This document shows, one piece after another, positions 33,778-48,217 of a stretch of DNA of 64,000 nt. Source of the stretch: the human T2T-CHM13v2.0 reference genome, Homo sapiens. The stretch lies in assembly GCF_009914755.1 (NCBI RefSeq), contig NC_060933.1; one strand, given 5' to 3'. The position numbers were made by a program, and so were the translations under genes. The notes beneath the pieces are model-generated. The model saw nothing but the letters and a program-made list of their open reading frames with translations. It was not told the origin of the DNA and ran no database searches. How positions within the stretch are numbered: position 1 is the first letter of the stretch; each line of letters begins with the position of its first letter.

Positions 33778-34555
33778 CAGGAATTAGAAACCTTTTTCTA
33801 TAAAGGGCCAGATAGTAAATATTTGAGGCGTCATAGGCTACACCTTCTCTGTCATACCTATTCAGCTCTGTCATTGTAGCATGAAAGCAGCCATAGACAA
33901 TATGTTGGGGACCAGCCTCAACACCACCCATAGGGTACCCAAAGCCCGGTGGCAACAAAGGAAGAGAAGAGACAGGTTAAGAGTTCATAAAGATGGGAGC
34001 CAGGGGGCCAGTTGCACAATGGAGGCTGCAAAAGGCCCAGAGTTCTGGTCTCCACACGATTTATTGAGTACAATCACTTAGATCTAAGAAGCAGATGTTT
34101 AGGGCGAAACAGTGAAAGGGAGGCAGCATGTCATAGGCGTAATCTATAGCAGTAGCGGTTTAAATGAATCTCCTTTGTGCTTAAACAGCATATCTTTAAC
34201 TTATTGGAGAGTAGCTAGTAGGAGCGGGCTTAACTAGGAGCCTGTACGTCTGTCCACATTTCAGTGTTTCAGAGGAGTGTCTTTCTCCTTGAGCACAGTG
34301 TTTATAGATAAGAGAGCAGGTTGCACTCAGAGCATGGGAACATAACGGCGATAAGAAGGCTTTCCTCCTCAGAGACCTCTTGTGGCTTTCCACAACTTAT
34401 TGTCCCATATTTTTATGGCCAGTTTATGCAGGCACTCCATAAGCCTTTTCCCCAACAACAATTTGTAAACAAATGAGCATGGATGTGTTCCAGGGAAACT
34501 CATTACCAGTAAAGGTGGTGGATCAGACATGGCCCCCTCTCTGGGCCCTACTGTT
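33778..34555. mobile_element. MER58A-like hAT-Charlie MITE split by the LTR
   Basis: ...tataaagggccagatagtaaatattt...gcagccatagacaata [LTR] tgtaaacaaatgagcatggatgtgttcca. Confidence 0.75.
33903..34457 (-). mobile_element. Solo ERVK-class LTR (LTR14-like; subfamily uncertain)
   Basis: TGTTGGG...CCCAACA termini, near-perfect 6-bp TSD acaata/acaatt, minus-strand AATAAA at 34065-34060. Confidence 0.8.
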
Positions 34556-35528
34556 CTGCAGGTTTTCAAAGATTACTTGGGAGATTTCTCTCCACCTGTT
34601 TGCTAAGACGTTCTGTGACTGATGTAATCCACAACCCATTTTCCCAGCCGTTTTCTGTTTTGTGCTTTTATTCTCTAGCTTTATAATTGTCTGGGGGGAA
34701 GGGCGTGATGGTGCCATATAAAAATAACAGTCAATAGCATCAGTTATAAGGAGGTAAGAGTCAGGAAGAGTAACTCTTTAATTAGCTGGTCTCAGGGTTA
34801 GTATAGGGCCTTGCACATGGTAAAGCTGAAAAACATTTAAGAAATGAATATTTAGGCACTCTTGGTACAGTAGTAGCATTATGGTCAGACAGACTGGCGC
34901 AATCCCTGTGAAGTCTGGTGGCCAGGGACAAGAGAAACCTCCATCAAGGTGTTGCAGCAGCTGTCATCAAAGGATTCACTCAGCCAATCTCTCTTGGCCT
35001 AAAGTTAGTCCTACAAAGGAAGGTTGGCAGTTTTGACTGCCTCTCAGAATTCTACAGCTGAGAAACACACACATACTCACATACACACACCTATACCCCT
35101 TGCAGCTTTCCTCCTGCTCTTGCCTCAGGTCCACTCACTGTCAGTGTTTCCTGAGATGAAAAGCCTTCCTTACACAGCCAGTATGGAGGAGAAACTAAAA
35201 CCCCAGGGATCATAAGAACCCAGATCACAACAGATTTGCCGCTGTTATCTTTTTAATGGGAATTTAAGGTATTTGGTGATTCTAGAAGGTTAAAGTAACT
35301 AACTTGCTCAGTGATGAAATTTATTTCAATTCTCACAGGCATACCTTGGTCTCCTTTGCCAACCAGAACAAATCTATGATAGGAAGGAATGGTAAAACAT
35401 TCAAGGTGATGTTACATACAGAGATGAATACCCTAAACTGCAAAGGAGAGGCATTGAAGGATTAAGGGATAAGTGGCCATAGACTGCTAACCCAGTCATC
35501 TTGTTGGAACCTCAGAAAATACCTGAGA

Positions 35529-35840
35529 GGCCAGGCACTGTGGCTCATGCCTGTAATCCCAGCCCTATAGGAGGCCGAAACCAAGGTGGGAGGATTGCTT
35601 GAGGCCAGGAGTTTAAGACCAGAGTAAGGAACATAGCAAGACCTTGTCTCAACTAAAACATAAAAAATTAGCTGGGCATGGTGGTGCATACCTGTAGTCC
35701 TAGCTACTCAGGAGGCTGAGGCAGGAGGCTCACTTGAGCCCAGAAGTTCAAGGTTGCAGTGAGCAATGATTGCAGCACTGTACTCCAGCCTGGGTAACAG
35801 AGCGAGACTCTGTCTCAAAAAAAAAAAAAGAAAAGAAAAA
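35529..35840 (+). mobile_element. Alu (AluJ-like)
   Basis: Full dimer with A tail. Confidence 0.92.
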
Positions 35841-36040
35841 ACCTGAAAGACCCTGCAAGCATTTGACTCAATCTTTCTGTCTGACCATTTGACCAAAGAA
35901 AGTACAGTCATGTACCACATAATGACTTTTTTGTCAGTGACAAATTGCATATACCATGATGGTCCCATAAAATTATAATGGAGCTGAAAATCTCTTATTG
36001 CCTAGAGACGTCACAGCATCATAGCATAACGCATTACTCA

Positions 36041-36424
<384 letters not shown>

Positions 36425-37450
36425 TTATGTACAGTACAGTACATAATACTTTCATATACAACTATATTACTGGTTTATGTATTTACTATACTATACTTTT
36501 TATCATTGTTTTAGAGTACATGCCTTCTATCTATTTAAACAAACATTAACTGCGCAACAGCCTGAGGTGGTTCCTTCAGGAGGTATTTCAGAAGAAGGCA
36601 TTCTTATCATGAGTGTTATTACCCATGAAGACCTTCCAGTGGGACAAGATATGGAGGGGGAAGACAGTGATATTGATGATCCAGACCCAATGAAGGCCTA
36701 GGCTAATGCGTGTTTGTCTCAGTTTTTAACAAAAATGTTTGAAAAGTTAAAAAATAAAAATAGAAAAAAGCTTACAAAATTATGCTATAAAGAAAGAAAA
36801 TATTTTTGTACAACTGTACAATGTATTTGTGTTTTAAGCCAAGTGTTATTAAGAAGGAATTTTTTTAAATTCTTGAAACAAATGAAGATGAAAACACAGC
36901 ACACCAAAACCTATGGGATACAGCAAAAGCAGTACTAAGAGGGAAGTTTACAGCAATAAACACCTACATCAACAAGTAGAAAAACTTCATATAAACAACC
37001 TAATAATACATCGTAAAGAACTAGAAAAGCAACAGCAAACCAAACCCAAAATTAGTGGAAAAAAAGAAATAATAAAGATCAGAATAGAAACCAAAAAAAC
37101 TATAGAAAAGAGGAATGAAATGAAAAGTTTTCTGAAACGATTAAAAAAATCAAGAAGCCTTTAGACAAAGAAAAAAAAGAGGAATGCTATTACAAAAGAG
37201 TCAAAATTTTTTAAAAAATAAAAAGTATATAAAGTTAAATTACAGTAAGCTAAGGTTAATTCATTATTGAAGAAATAAAAAAACTTTTTTATAAATTTAG
37301 TAGACTCTTAGTGTACAGTGTTTATAAAATTTACAGTAGTGTATAGTAATGTCCTAGGCCTTCACACTCACTCACTGACTCACCGGAGTGACTTCCAGTC
37401 TTCCAAGCTCCATTCATGGTAAGTACCCTAGATAGTGTACCATTTTTTAA

Positions 37451-37810
<360 letters not shown>

Positions 37811-38482
37811 TAGATATGTTTAGATACACAAATACCATTCTGTTCCAGTTGCCTACAGTTTTCAGTACAGTCATGGGCTGTACAGGTTTGTAGCCTAGGA
37901 GCAATAGGCTCTACCATATAGCCTAGGTGTATAGTAGGTTGTCCCATCTAGGTTCGTGTAAGTACACTTTATGATGTATGACAACAAAATCATGTAACAT
38001 CACATTTCTCAGAATGTATCCTTGTCGCTAAGTGACATATGACTGTAATTTGTTGATATCCAGATTCTTAGAAGTCTGCTTCACAACCTAAGACAAGCTG
38101 TGGGAAATTCCAAGGGTATCTAAACTGAAAACCATGAGCATGAGCTCAGGGTAATGAATGCCTTCCTCAAGCCACAGTGTCTACCACCCAAATGTTTAGG
38201 AAATGCAGGGTGATCAGTGCTAAGTCTTGGCAAATATTGTGATTGTTTCTTAGTAGAAACCTACAATGGTAGTAGCAAACATATGGCTGCCATCCTGGGT
38301 CCTTGGCCTAAGTACAGATGTCACTAACTGACCTATTTTTTACATTCTGCATACAGTATATCACCTGAAGGCCAAGAAAATGAGCATGGTTTTGTGGAGA
38401 TCACCTTCCCTGTATTGCCATAACAACATTCCTACTAGTTTGACAACTAGTAACCAGAGTGGCTCCATGAAGTAGAATGATA

Positions 38483-38557
38483 CTCTAGGAAGCGACCATG
38501 ATGTAACTTCAGACTTTTGGAGAGTCTGTGAAGTTACATCATGGTCGCTTCCTAGAG
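38483..38557 (-). ncRNA. MIR4670: Pre-miRNA hairpin MIR4670
   Basis: 29-bp perfect inverted repeat CTCTAGGAAGCGACCATGATGTAACTTCA / TGAAGTTACATCATGGTCGCTTCCTAGAG. The arms contain the recalled miR-4670-5p and -3p sequences. Strand assignment is from memory. Confidence 0.85.
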
Positions 38558-39739
38558 AATCATTCAGCCATTACACCAGTATTATGACAAAACTTATCAA
38601 ATCTGACTCCCAGCCAACATGGAGTAATAGGGACTACGTATACCTTCCCACCTGAAACAACTTAAAAATAGAGCAACATATATCTGAAGCATTTTCCAAA
38701 CATTAAACAAAGAGCAGTCCAGGCCAGTGATCCCTGAAAGGGGATGCAAATCAAATGCCCGGAGAGACCTGTGATTGACCTGCTTACTCCCTCAAGGGAG
38801 TTGCAGTGAGGGGAACACAGGCAGAGTCCAGCAGTCTCCATAAGTTGAAAAGATACAGCTGGAAATCTGAGGACACCAAAGAGACTAGTGTTCCTAGGGC
38901 AGAGTACAGAGAGGTGAGAGCTAGCCCAGAGGAACCCTTCCAGAGATGTGAAGTCTTCCACTGAGTACTGGATAGCACATGTATGTAAGTAAACTATTAA
39001 TACTTGAGACTGGGAAAAGAACTAACCTAAAGGACAAAGGGGAAAACAAAGCAAAACAAAACAAAAAAAACAGGTCTCTGGAGCTTAAAAAAGACCAGGA
39101 AGAGTTTGTGTTCCACCAGTCAGAGTGGAAAACCTTACAATTCACAGGGCATCTGGTAGAGTACTCAGAAGAGCATTAGCTCAGTAGAGGAAAATAATTA
39201 GCCCTAGGCTAAAGGCTGCTGTGATCCCATTTAATAAAGCTTAAAAGCAAGCCTTTCTGAAAGAATAAACTGCGTACAATAACTTGACAGTGTCTCAGAT
39301 AACCCAACAAATGTTTTAGGATCCAATGTAAATTTACCAGGTACACAAAGAAACAGGAAAAGTTGACCCATAATGGGAAAAATCAGTTTATTGAAACCAG
39401 TTCAGAAATGACAGTGCTGATATACTAATAAAGTAGGTGTTTAAAAATCATTATACCTATATTCTATATGTTCAAGAAGTGAGAAGAAGGATTAACCATG
39501 TAATGTAGAAACATAGAAGATATTTTTAAAAACCCAAATCAAACTTTTAAAGATGAAAACTACAATGTGAGAGAGAAAAAATACATGACAAGGGATGAAT
39601 AGCAGATTAGACATTACCAAAAATAATTGGTAAACTTGTTTTCAAAAACTGCAAAAAGAAATAGACAAATCCACAATTGTCATCCAAAATTTCAACACTT
39701 CAATCCTAAATATTAGTTTCAAAAATAGTAGACAGATTA

Positions 39740-40925
39740 CAAATTAAAATGAGATGCCTCTACATACCTACCAAATGTCTAAAACCCAAAACACTGACAA
39801 CACCCAGTGCTGGTGAGTGTGTGGAGCAACTGTAAGTCTCATTCGGTGCTGGTGGGAATGCAAAATGGTACAGCCACTTTGGAAGACACTTTGGCAGTTT
39901 CTTTTAAAACTTAACATACTGTTGCCATACAACCCAGCAATCGTGCCCCTTGGTATTTACCCAAATAAGATGAAAATCTATGTCCACACAAAAACCTGCA
40001 CGCAGATATGTATAGGAGCTTTATTCATAATTGCCAAAACTTAGAAGCAACCAACATGTTCTTCAATAGGTGAATGGAAAAAAAACTATGGTATATTCAG
40101 ACAATGGAATATTATTCAACACCAAAAAGAAATGAGCCATCAAGCCATGAAAATACATGGAAGAACCTTAAATGCATATAATATATAACTAAATGAAATA
40201 AGCCAACCTGAGATGGCATATGTATGATTTCAACTCTATGACATTCTAGAAAGGGCAAAACTATGCAAGCTATAAAAGAATAGTGAATTTGGGGCGGAGA
40301 GGGATGAATAGGTGGAACACAGAGGATTCTTAGGGCAGTGAAACTCTTCTGATACAGTATAGTCAGCCCTTTATATCACAAGTTCTGCATCTGTGGATTC
40401 AACCAACCATGAGCGAAAAATGTAGTTTGGCCTATGTAGCTTTTGTGCTGAACATATGCAGACTTTTTTTTCTTGTCATTGTCCCCTAAATGATACAGTA
40501 TAACAACTACTTACATAGCCTATACAGTGTATTAGGTGTAAGTAATCTAGAGATTATTTAAAGTATACAGGAGGATATGTGTATTATATGCAAATACTAC
40601 ACCATTTTATATAAGGAACTTGAGCAGCCTCAGATTTTGGTGTCCTTGAGGGATCCTGGAACCAGTCCCCCAAGGGTACCAAGGGACGACAGTACTATAA
40701 AGGTGGGTACATGTCATTAAAAATTTGTCAAAACCCAAGAATACAGAGTAACAAGAGTGAACCCTAATGTAAACTATGGACATTGGGTGATAATGATATG
40801 TCAGCATAGATTTATCCATGGTGTGAGATTTTGATAGTAGGGGAAAAGCACATATGAGAACTCTGTACTTTCCACTCAGTTTGCTCTGAATCTAAAACTG
40901 CTTTGAAAAAAAGTCTGTTAAAAAA
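39740..40925 (+). mobile_element. L1MC/MD-like 3' region interrupted by MER2
   Basis: tgctggtgggaatgcaaaatggtacagccactttggaagac...gtgaaccctaatgtaaactatgg. Confidence 0.8.
40360..40692. mobile_element. MER2-like TcMar-Tigger MITE
   Basis: ...ctgcatctgtggattcaaccaacc...ggatcctggaaccagtcccccaagggtaccaagggacgacag. Confidence 0.7.
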
Positions 40926-41989
40926 TTAGTAGTCATTTTATGCCAATAAAAAGTAATTAATATTTTTTAATTAGTAGACAGAATATCAATAAGGATTTTA
41001 AAGACTTTAATACTATTAACCTATTTGTTCAAATTGTCCTAATAATTTGCCTTGTTTGTCCTAATGATTGTAGGTATGTACAAATTTAGTCGTTATATCT
41101 TTCTGGTGCATTTATCATTAGGTGGATACTTTCAGTGTCTCCGGGAGTGCTTTTGCTATAAGATCTACTTTGTCTAATATTAATGTAGTTGCATTTTTTT
41201 TCTTTTTTGACTTTTTAGATTCAGGAGGGTTGTATGCAGGTTTGTTAACTGAGTATATTATGTGGTACTGAAGTTTGGGATATGAATGATCCCATCACCC
41301 AGGTACTGAGCATAGTACCCAACAGTTTTCCAATCCTTGTTCCTCTCCCTGCCTTCTTCCCATGTCTATTGTTGCCATCTTTATGCCCATGAGTACCCAA
41401 TGTTTAGCTCTTACTTATAAGGGAGAACATGTGGTCTTTGGTTTTCTGCTCCTGCATGTAATTGCTTTCTTTTGATTAATGTCTGCAAAATATATGTTTT
41501 GCTGTCTTTCTATATTTTTATATTTTCAGTATACTTCCTATTAGTGGCATATTGTGGAGTTTTTTAATGCAGTTTAACAATTTTTGTCTTTTAATTGGAA
41601 CATTTAGGCTGTTTATATTTAATGTAAAATTTAATGTTTGAATTGAAATATACTTTCTATTTGCTTTTTATTTGTCCTACATGTTCTATGTTCCTTTTTC
41701 TGTTTTCTTTCTTTTTAACTTGTTGCTTGGTTTTTATTATTTCATTAGTAATTATACACTTTTTACCATTCTTTTCTTTGTAGAGATTACCACATACATC
41801 CTTGACTTATCAAAGTCTTAATATAAATTAGTACCTTTACCTCTTCCTGGACAATACAAGAACCAGGATGAACTTCAACTCCATTTACCCTATCCCAGTA
41901 TATATTCTGTTTCAGTTCTGTGTTTTAATTATATATGTATTTTTAAACCCTCAAAAGATTATTTTTATTTTGTCAAAGTTTATTTAGAT

Positions 41990-42196
41990 CAGATTTTTCA
42001 TCCTCATCACTATTAACGTTTTGCGCCAGATAATTCTTTTTTTATGGGGAGATGCCCTGTATATTATAGGCTATTTATCAGCAATCCGTGGCCTCTACCC
42101 ACTAGATGCCATTAGTACCTTCCTCCTAGTTGTGACAACCAAAGAATGTTTCCAGGCATTACCAAATGTAACCCGCCCCTCAATTGAGAACCACTT
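41990..42196. mobile_element. MER20 hAT MITE
   Basis: gccagataattcttt...ggcctctacccactagatgcca...gttgtgacaacc...ttgagaaccac. Confidence 0.75.
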
Positions 42197-43514
42197 GTTT
42201 AGGTTTACCTAAACATTTATCATTTTCCTTCGTTCCTTCCTATATCTACTTTCTTCTATTAGGATTATTTTCTTCTTGACTGAAGATCACCTTCTAATAA
42301 TTCCTTTTGTGCAGATGTGTTGATCAGTTATTTTTGTTTACCTGAAAGGATGTATTTGTTAGATATACATTCTGGGGTTGACAAGTGTTTTCTTTCAGCA
42401 TTGTGAAGATACGGTTGATTTTTTCCCCCTACACTTTCATTTCCTTCCTAGCTTCCAGTATTTTATTGTTGCCTTCTTCCCACCTACTTTTCTTTTTCTT
42501 TTTTTATTTAATGTTTTTTTTTATTTATTTTTTTTTTTTTTTGAGATGAGGTCTCACTATGTTGCCTGGGCTGGCCTTGAATCCCTAGGCTAAAGCGATC
42601 CACCTGACTCAACCTTTCGAGTAGCTGGGACTACAGGCACGAACTACCACACCCGGCTCGAAGATACAATTTCTATGTCTTCTTTTTTCCATTGTTTGTT
42701 TTGAGAAATCATCTCTCAATCTAATTTTTTCACTTTTAAAAGTAATTTTTTTTCTCTCACTGTTTTTAAGATGTTCTCATTGTCTTTGGTTTTCAGCTGT
42801 TTCACTCTGTATACAAAGATATAATTTTCTTGTTTTTATCCTATTTGGCACTTCTTGAATTTGTGGCCTGATGTTATTCATCACATTTGGAAACTTCTCA
42901 GCCCTTAACTATACAAATAGTACATTCTCTTTTCCCTTTTTTCATTCTTTCTATAACTACAGGTACTTGCATATCAGCTTTCTCATTGTGTCTTTAATGT
43001 CACTTTCCCCTCATTTGTATTTTTTGTTTGTCTATCTCTTCAGTGATTCATCCTGGTTATTCTCTGAACTGATCTTCCAGTTCATTGATACTCTCTTCAT
43101 CTGTGATTTATCTGCTATTAAATCTATCCATTGACTTCCTTGTTCTTTTATTGTATTTTCTAGTTTTCAGGTTTTCAGTATGTTCTTTTTGTTTCCAATT
43201 CTTTGTTAAAAATTTTAATCTCATCTTTTATTTTTTTAAACATATTAAAAATATTTGTTTTAAAGTCTGTGTCTGAAGACTAGGTTTTCTGGATCCTCTA
43301 TGTGTCTATTTCGGTTGTCTCTTATTTCTTTAGGTTTTTAGCCATGTTTTGTCTCTTCATATACCTGATGACCTTTGATGGAGTGCCAGATATTGTATAT
43401 GAAAATACTTGAGAATTTGCGTCTGTTTCAGGCATAAGGTTAAGTACATTATGAATAGAATATTGAGTGATTTGAAGCTGGGCTTCACCATATCGAATTA
43501 ATAATTATGCTTTG

Positions 43515-43902
<388 letters not shown>

Positions 43903-46462
43903 TCACTTTTCCTACCATCCCCCACTGCTTGCTTGCCTCCATTTTGTTTGTTTGTTTGTTTCTCTCTGTCCTCCTGAGGCTGTTTTAAAACTCTATTAAT
44001 CTTCTCAACCACCTCTTCTGGAATCCAGATGCTTCTAGAAGAAAAACTGTTCTAAACCTCTCTGGGTTTCAGTCCCATCCCAAATATTGGCCCTGTTGTT
44101 TTTCTCACCCTTTCTAGTTATTCTCAGCAGGTCTAATGATCTGACTTGCCTTGTCTGCCATTATCAGAAGGAGAAGCTCCCTCAGATTCCTTTTATTTCT
44201 TGCAGAAATATATCCTCTTTTTCTCAGAGAATGTTGTAAGTTGTAAAATTCTGTGCTCTTATTAAAGATCTGAAAATGTCATTGTTTAATTGGAAACAGA
44301 ATTACGGTTTCAAAATCATTCTAATCATTTTTCTTTAATACCTTATAGATATTTGTCCATTATTTCTTATATTTAGTGTTGCTGATGAGAAATTTGACTT
44401 GAATCTGATTCTCATCCCTTTGTAAGAAATTTTTTTTCTTTCTATAGAAATTTTTTTCAAATTTTCAACATATCTTTGATATTTGGAAGTTTTACCTTGG
44501 TAAAAGAATGGAATGTACCTTGGTATAGGTTGTTTTTGCTGTTTAATGTATCCTTCTTGGGATCTTTTAAACTAAAAACTTCTTTTTTTCCTATACAAGC
44601 TCTCTTCACTCTGTTTTCTCCCATGACTGTTCAAGGGTACATTTTTCCTCTTTAAATTCATTTCTGTCTTCTCTTTGTCTGTGAAGGACTCCTCAGAGTG
44701 TCTGTCCCACCAGGAGCTCCCCTTTTTATTTCCTAGTGTAGCTGTATATTCGTGCATTTATTTGTCTGTAATATATCTTGTATTATTTCAAGGGAGTTGG
44801 TGAGAGGGGAAGAGGGCACAAGGTCAGCTCAGTTTCCCCTCTTGAATCTCAGTACTTCTTTTTATAACTTCATCTGCCAGAATCATCTTCCTCTAGTCAG
44901 GTTTCACTTAGTTAGTTCATAGTCTGACTTGCCACATCACCTTTGTTCAACAAACGGCAGTCTCTAAAGTATCTTCATGCCAGCATACAAACCTTTCTTC
45001 AGCGTATATATACATTAATTGCCACAGTCATTTGAAAACCATTACTATAGGTTATTGAAATGACCTATATTTCATAGGTTACTGGAACAACTTTTTGAAC
45101 AACTTTTTGCAATCTACTTTAGTTTTAGAAAAATTAACATGCAGCATGTAAAGAAGGACCAAATCCATTAGCTGATTGGCACCTGAAATCATAAAAGTCA
45201 ATTCAGAGAGCAAAGTAGTATGTTGGAAGGGAATAACAACAACAGCAGGGGAAAGCAATATGAAAACCTGAACTGAGAGACAAAGTGAAACTAGAATTTG
45301 CTGAGTGGCATGGCAAGTGTGCTCCGATGGATATCATAAGTGCTCTGCAATGCATGAAATGTATACATTGAAATTTTCTTGCATTAACAATTGTATGTGC
45401 AGACCTTCCATCCTGTTGTGAGGAGTCAGGGCCTAGACCTCGAGGCTCTAGAGTTAAACTCTCATGAGGGTCTCAGGCATCCTGCTGTCCTGAGGCATCC
45501 TGAAAGCACTCACTTATGGGGCATTGCCTGATTGAGTGCTTAGGAGTGTGAATGTGCCAGCTGTGGCCATTCTGAGCACACCCCTCTCTCCCAGTATCCT
45601 CATTCTGGAAACTACCTCTCTTTCTTTTTTTCCCCCAAATTGACTCACTTTTACTTACCCAGAAATCTAAATAGATAGGCACAGAAATAAACTTACAGAG
45701 CTATTTGAATTTTGACAAAATCAGTATCTAAACAGTCTCACTACAGTGTTTAAATACATTTTAGGAAATGGTCTCTCAATACTAATTTTACTATTAATGC
45801 TTAGGCCCTCATTATTTTCATTGATATACAGAATTTTGCTTTGCACTTAATATTTGCTTTCATAAACAACTTCGTAATTGAGTGTTTGCCTCCTAGAGGT
45901 AAATTTTCTGGGATTCCAATCATAGTATCATTTTTATCAAGTAATTTTTTTCCTTCTAGCACTTACTGTGTTTATCCCAACATTAAATATTATTTATAAA
46001 CCTTGATTAACTTATTTTTCTTCATTTAAAATTTCTTACCAGTTATCTTAAGTAAACTTTAAAAATATTAATTTAGAATTTTAAAATTCTACATGAAGTC
46101 ATGAGATGTCTATTATCTATTTTCACTTCATTCAACAGATTTAAAATGAAAAATATTTTGAATTATTTATGTTCTTTTAGGACTTAAAAATTAATAATAT
46201 TTTCAAACCAATTTATACTTCTATTGAACACATAATTCCACCTAAACATATAAAAATAATTTAATACTAAGTATACAAGGTCTGAAATACTTGGGAAGTA
46301 CATCGTGAAAAAAACAAACAGAATAATGCATACTTTGAACTTTAAAAATCTATTAGTAACGAGCTAATTTACTCAAGAGTTAAACAGTTGTGAAATAAAA
46401 TACCCAAATATTAAAACCATTCCACATGCTAAGTAGAAACTTAAAATTTAAAACTTTTTTAC

Positions 46463-46680
46463 CTGGAGATCTAAACTAAGTAGGCTTTGCTTGGTGTCAT
46501 TTAAGTCTCCAGCTGAAAATGAAACAAAATCAGAGCTTTCTTTAAAAACAAAGAAAGGACAGAAGGGAATGTTGAAAAGTATTTGCTGAACTTCTTAGTA
46601 AAATCTAAAATAACTGCCTCCCTTGGGGATAAATGCCTTTCAGTTCTTTGTGCAGAAAATCAGCCAAGAAAGTAACCAGG
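46463..46680 (-). other. ECM2: Probable non-coding first exon of ECM2 (5' end approximate)
   Basis: Donor CAG|GTAAAA after 46463 in unique, repeat-free sequence. Splicing to 33392 gives ...GATCTCCAG|AAATTGGCTGGTGGAAAAAAATCAAACATG, which fits my recollection of the mRNA leader. Confidence 0.65.
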
Positions 46681-47390
46681 GAAAATGGTTACCAAGGGAA
46701 ATATTTTTTTTAATCATAAGAAAAGTAGAAAACAGCAGTGGGTGTGGGGGAAGAGCATTTTGTTTGCAGGCTGAAAAGGCAGAGTTGGAAACACAAAAAT
46801 GAGCTTGATTAAGAAATCTGTGGTTTTCATAGACTATTCGCATTAAAAATGTTAAAGTTTATACTAGCCAGGATGATGTCACTTGAGCTTTATCAGATTA
46901 TAGGGATGATATTCTCGTCAGCTAAAGGCTGTGTATATCTGGAATCTATTTTAAATTGGATTAATAATATTTAACTCATCTGCCCACCCACCTCGATCTC
47001 ACACACAATACTAACAAAACGACAACAACAAAAAAATGGTTACGTATTAATATCAGTGGAAATTATGTAACTTCTAACCATGAAATAATAGAAAGAAAAT
47101 GTGAAAGGGAGCTGTGTGGCTCCTAATTACCTGTTACGCTGGCAAATTAGTTGTGTACTTTGGCCTCAGTTTCTTTATCTGCAAATGAGAAGTTAGAGAC
47201 AGATCAGGATTCCAAGCGCAACCCTGCTGTTTATGAGGGACCTTGAGTAAGTTACTTAATGTTTCTGACCAAAGTTCACTCTTCTGTAAAACTAGGGTGA
47301 TACCTTTCAAATTTTTCTGAAAATAAAAGGAATAACAGATATGAAGGTCCTAACTCAGTGCCTATCCTAGACTAGGTAATTTTAGAACTA

Positions 47391-48217
<827 letters not shown>

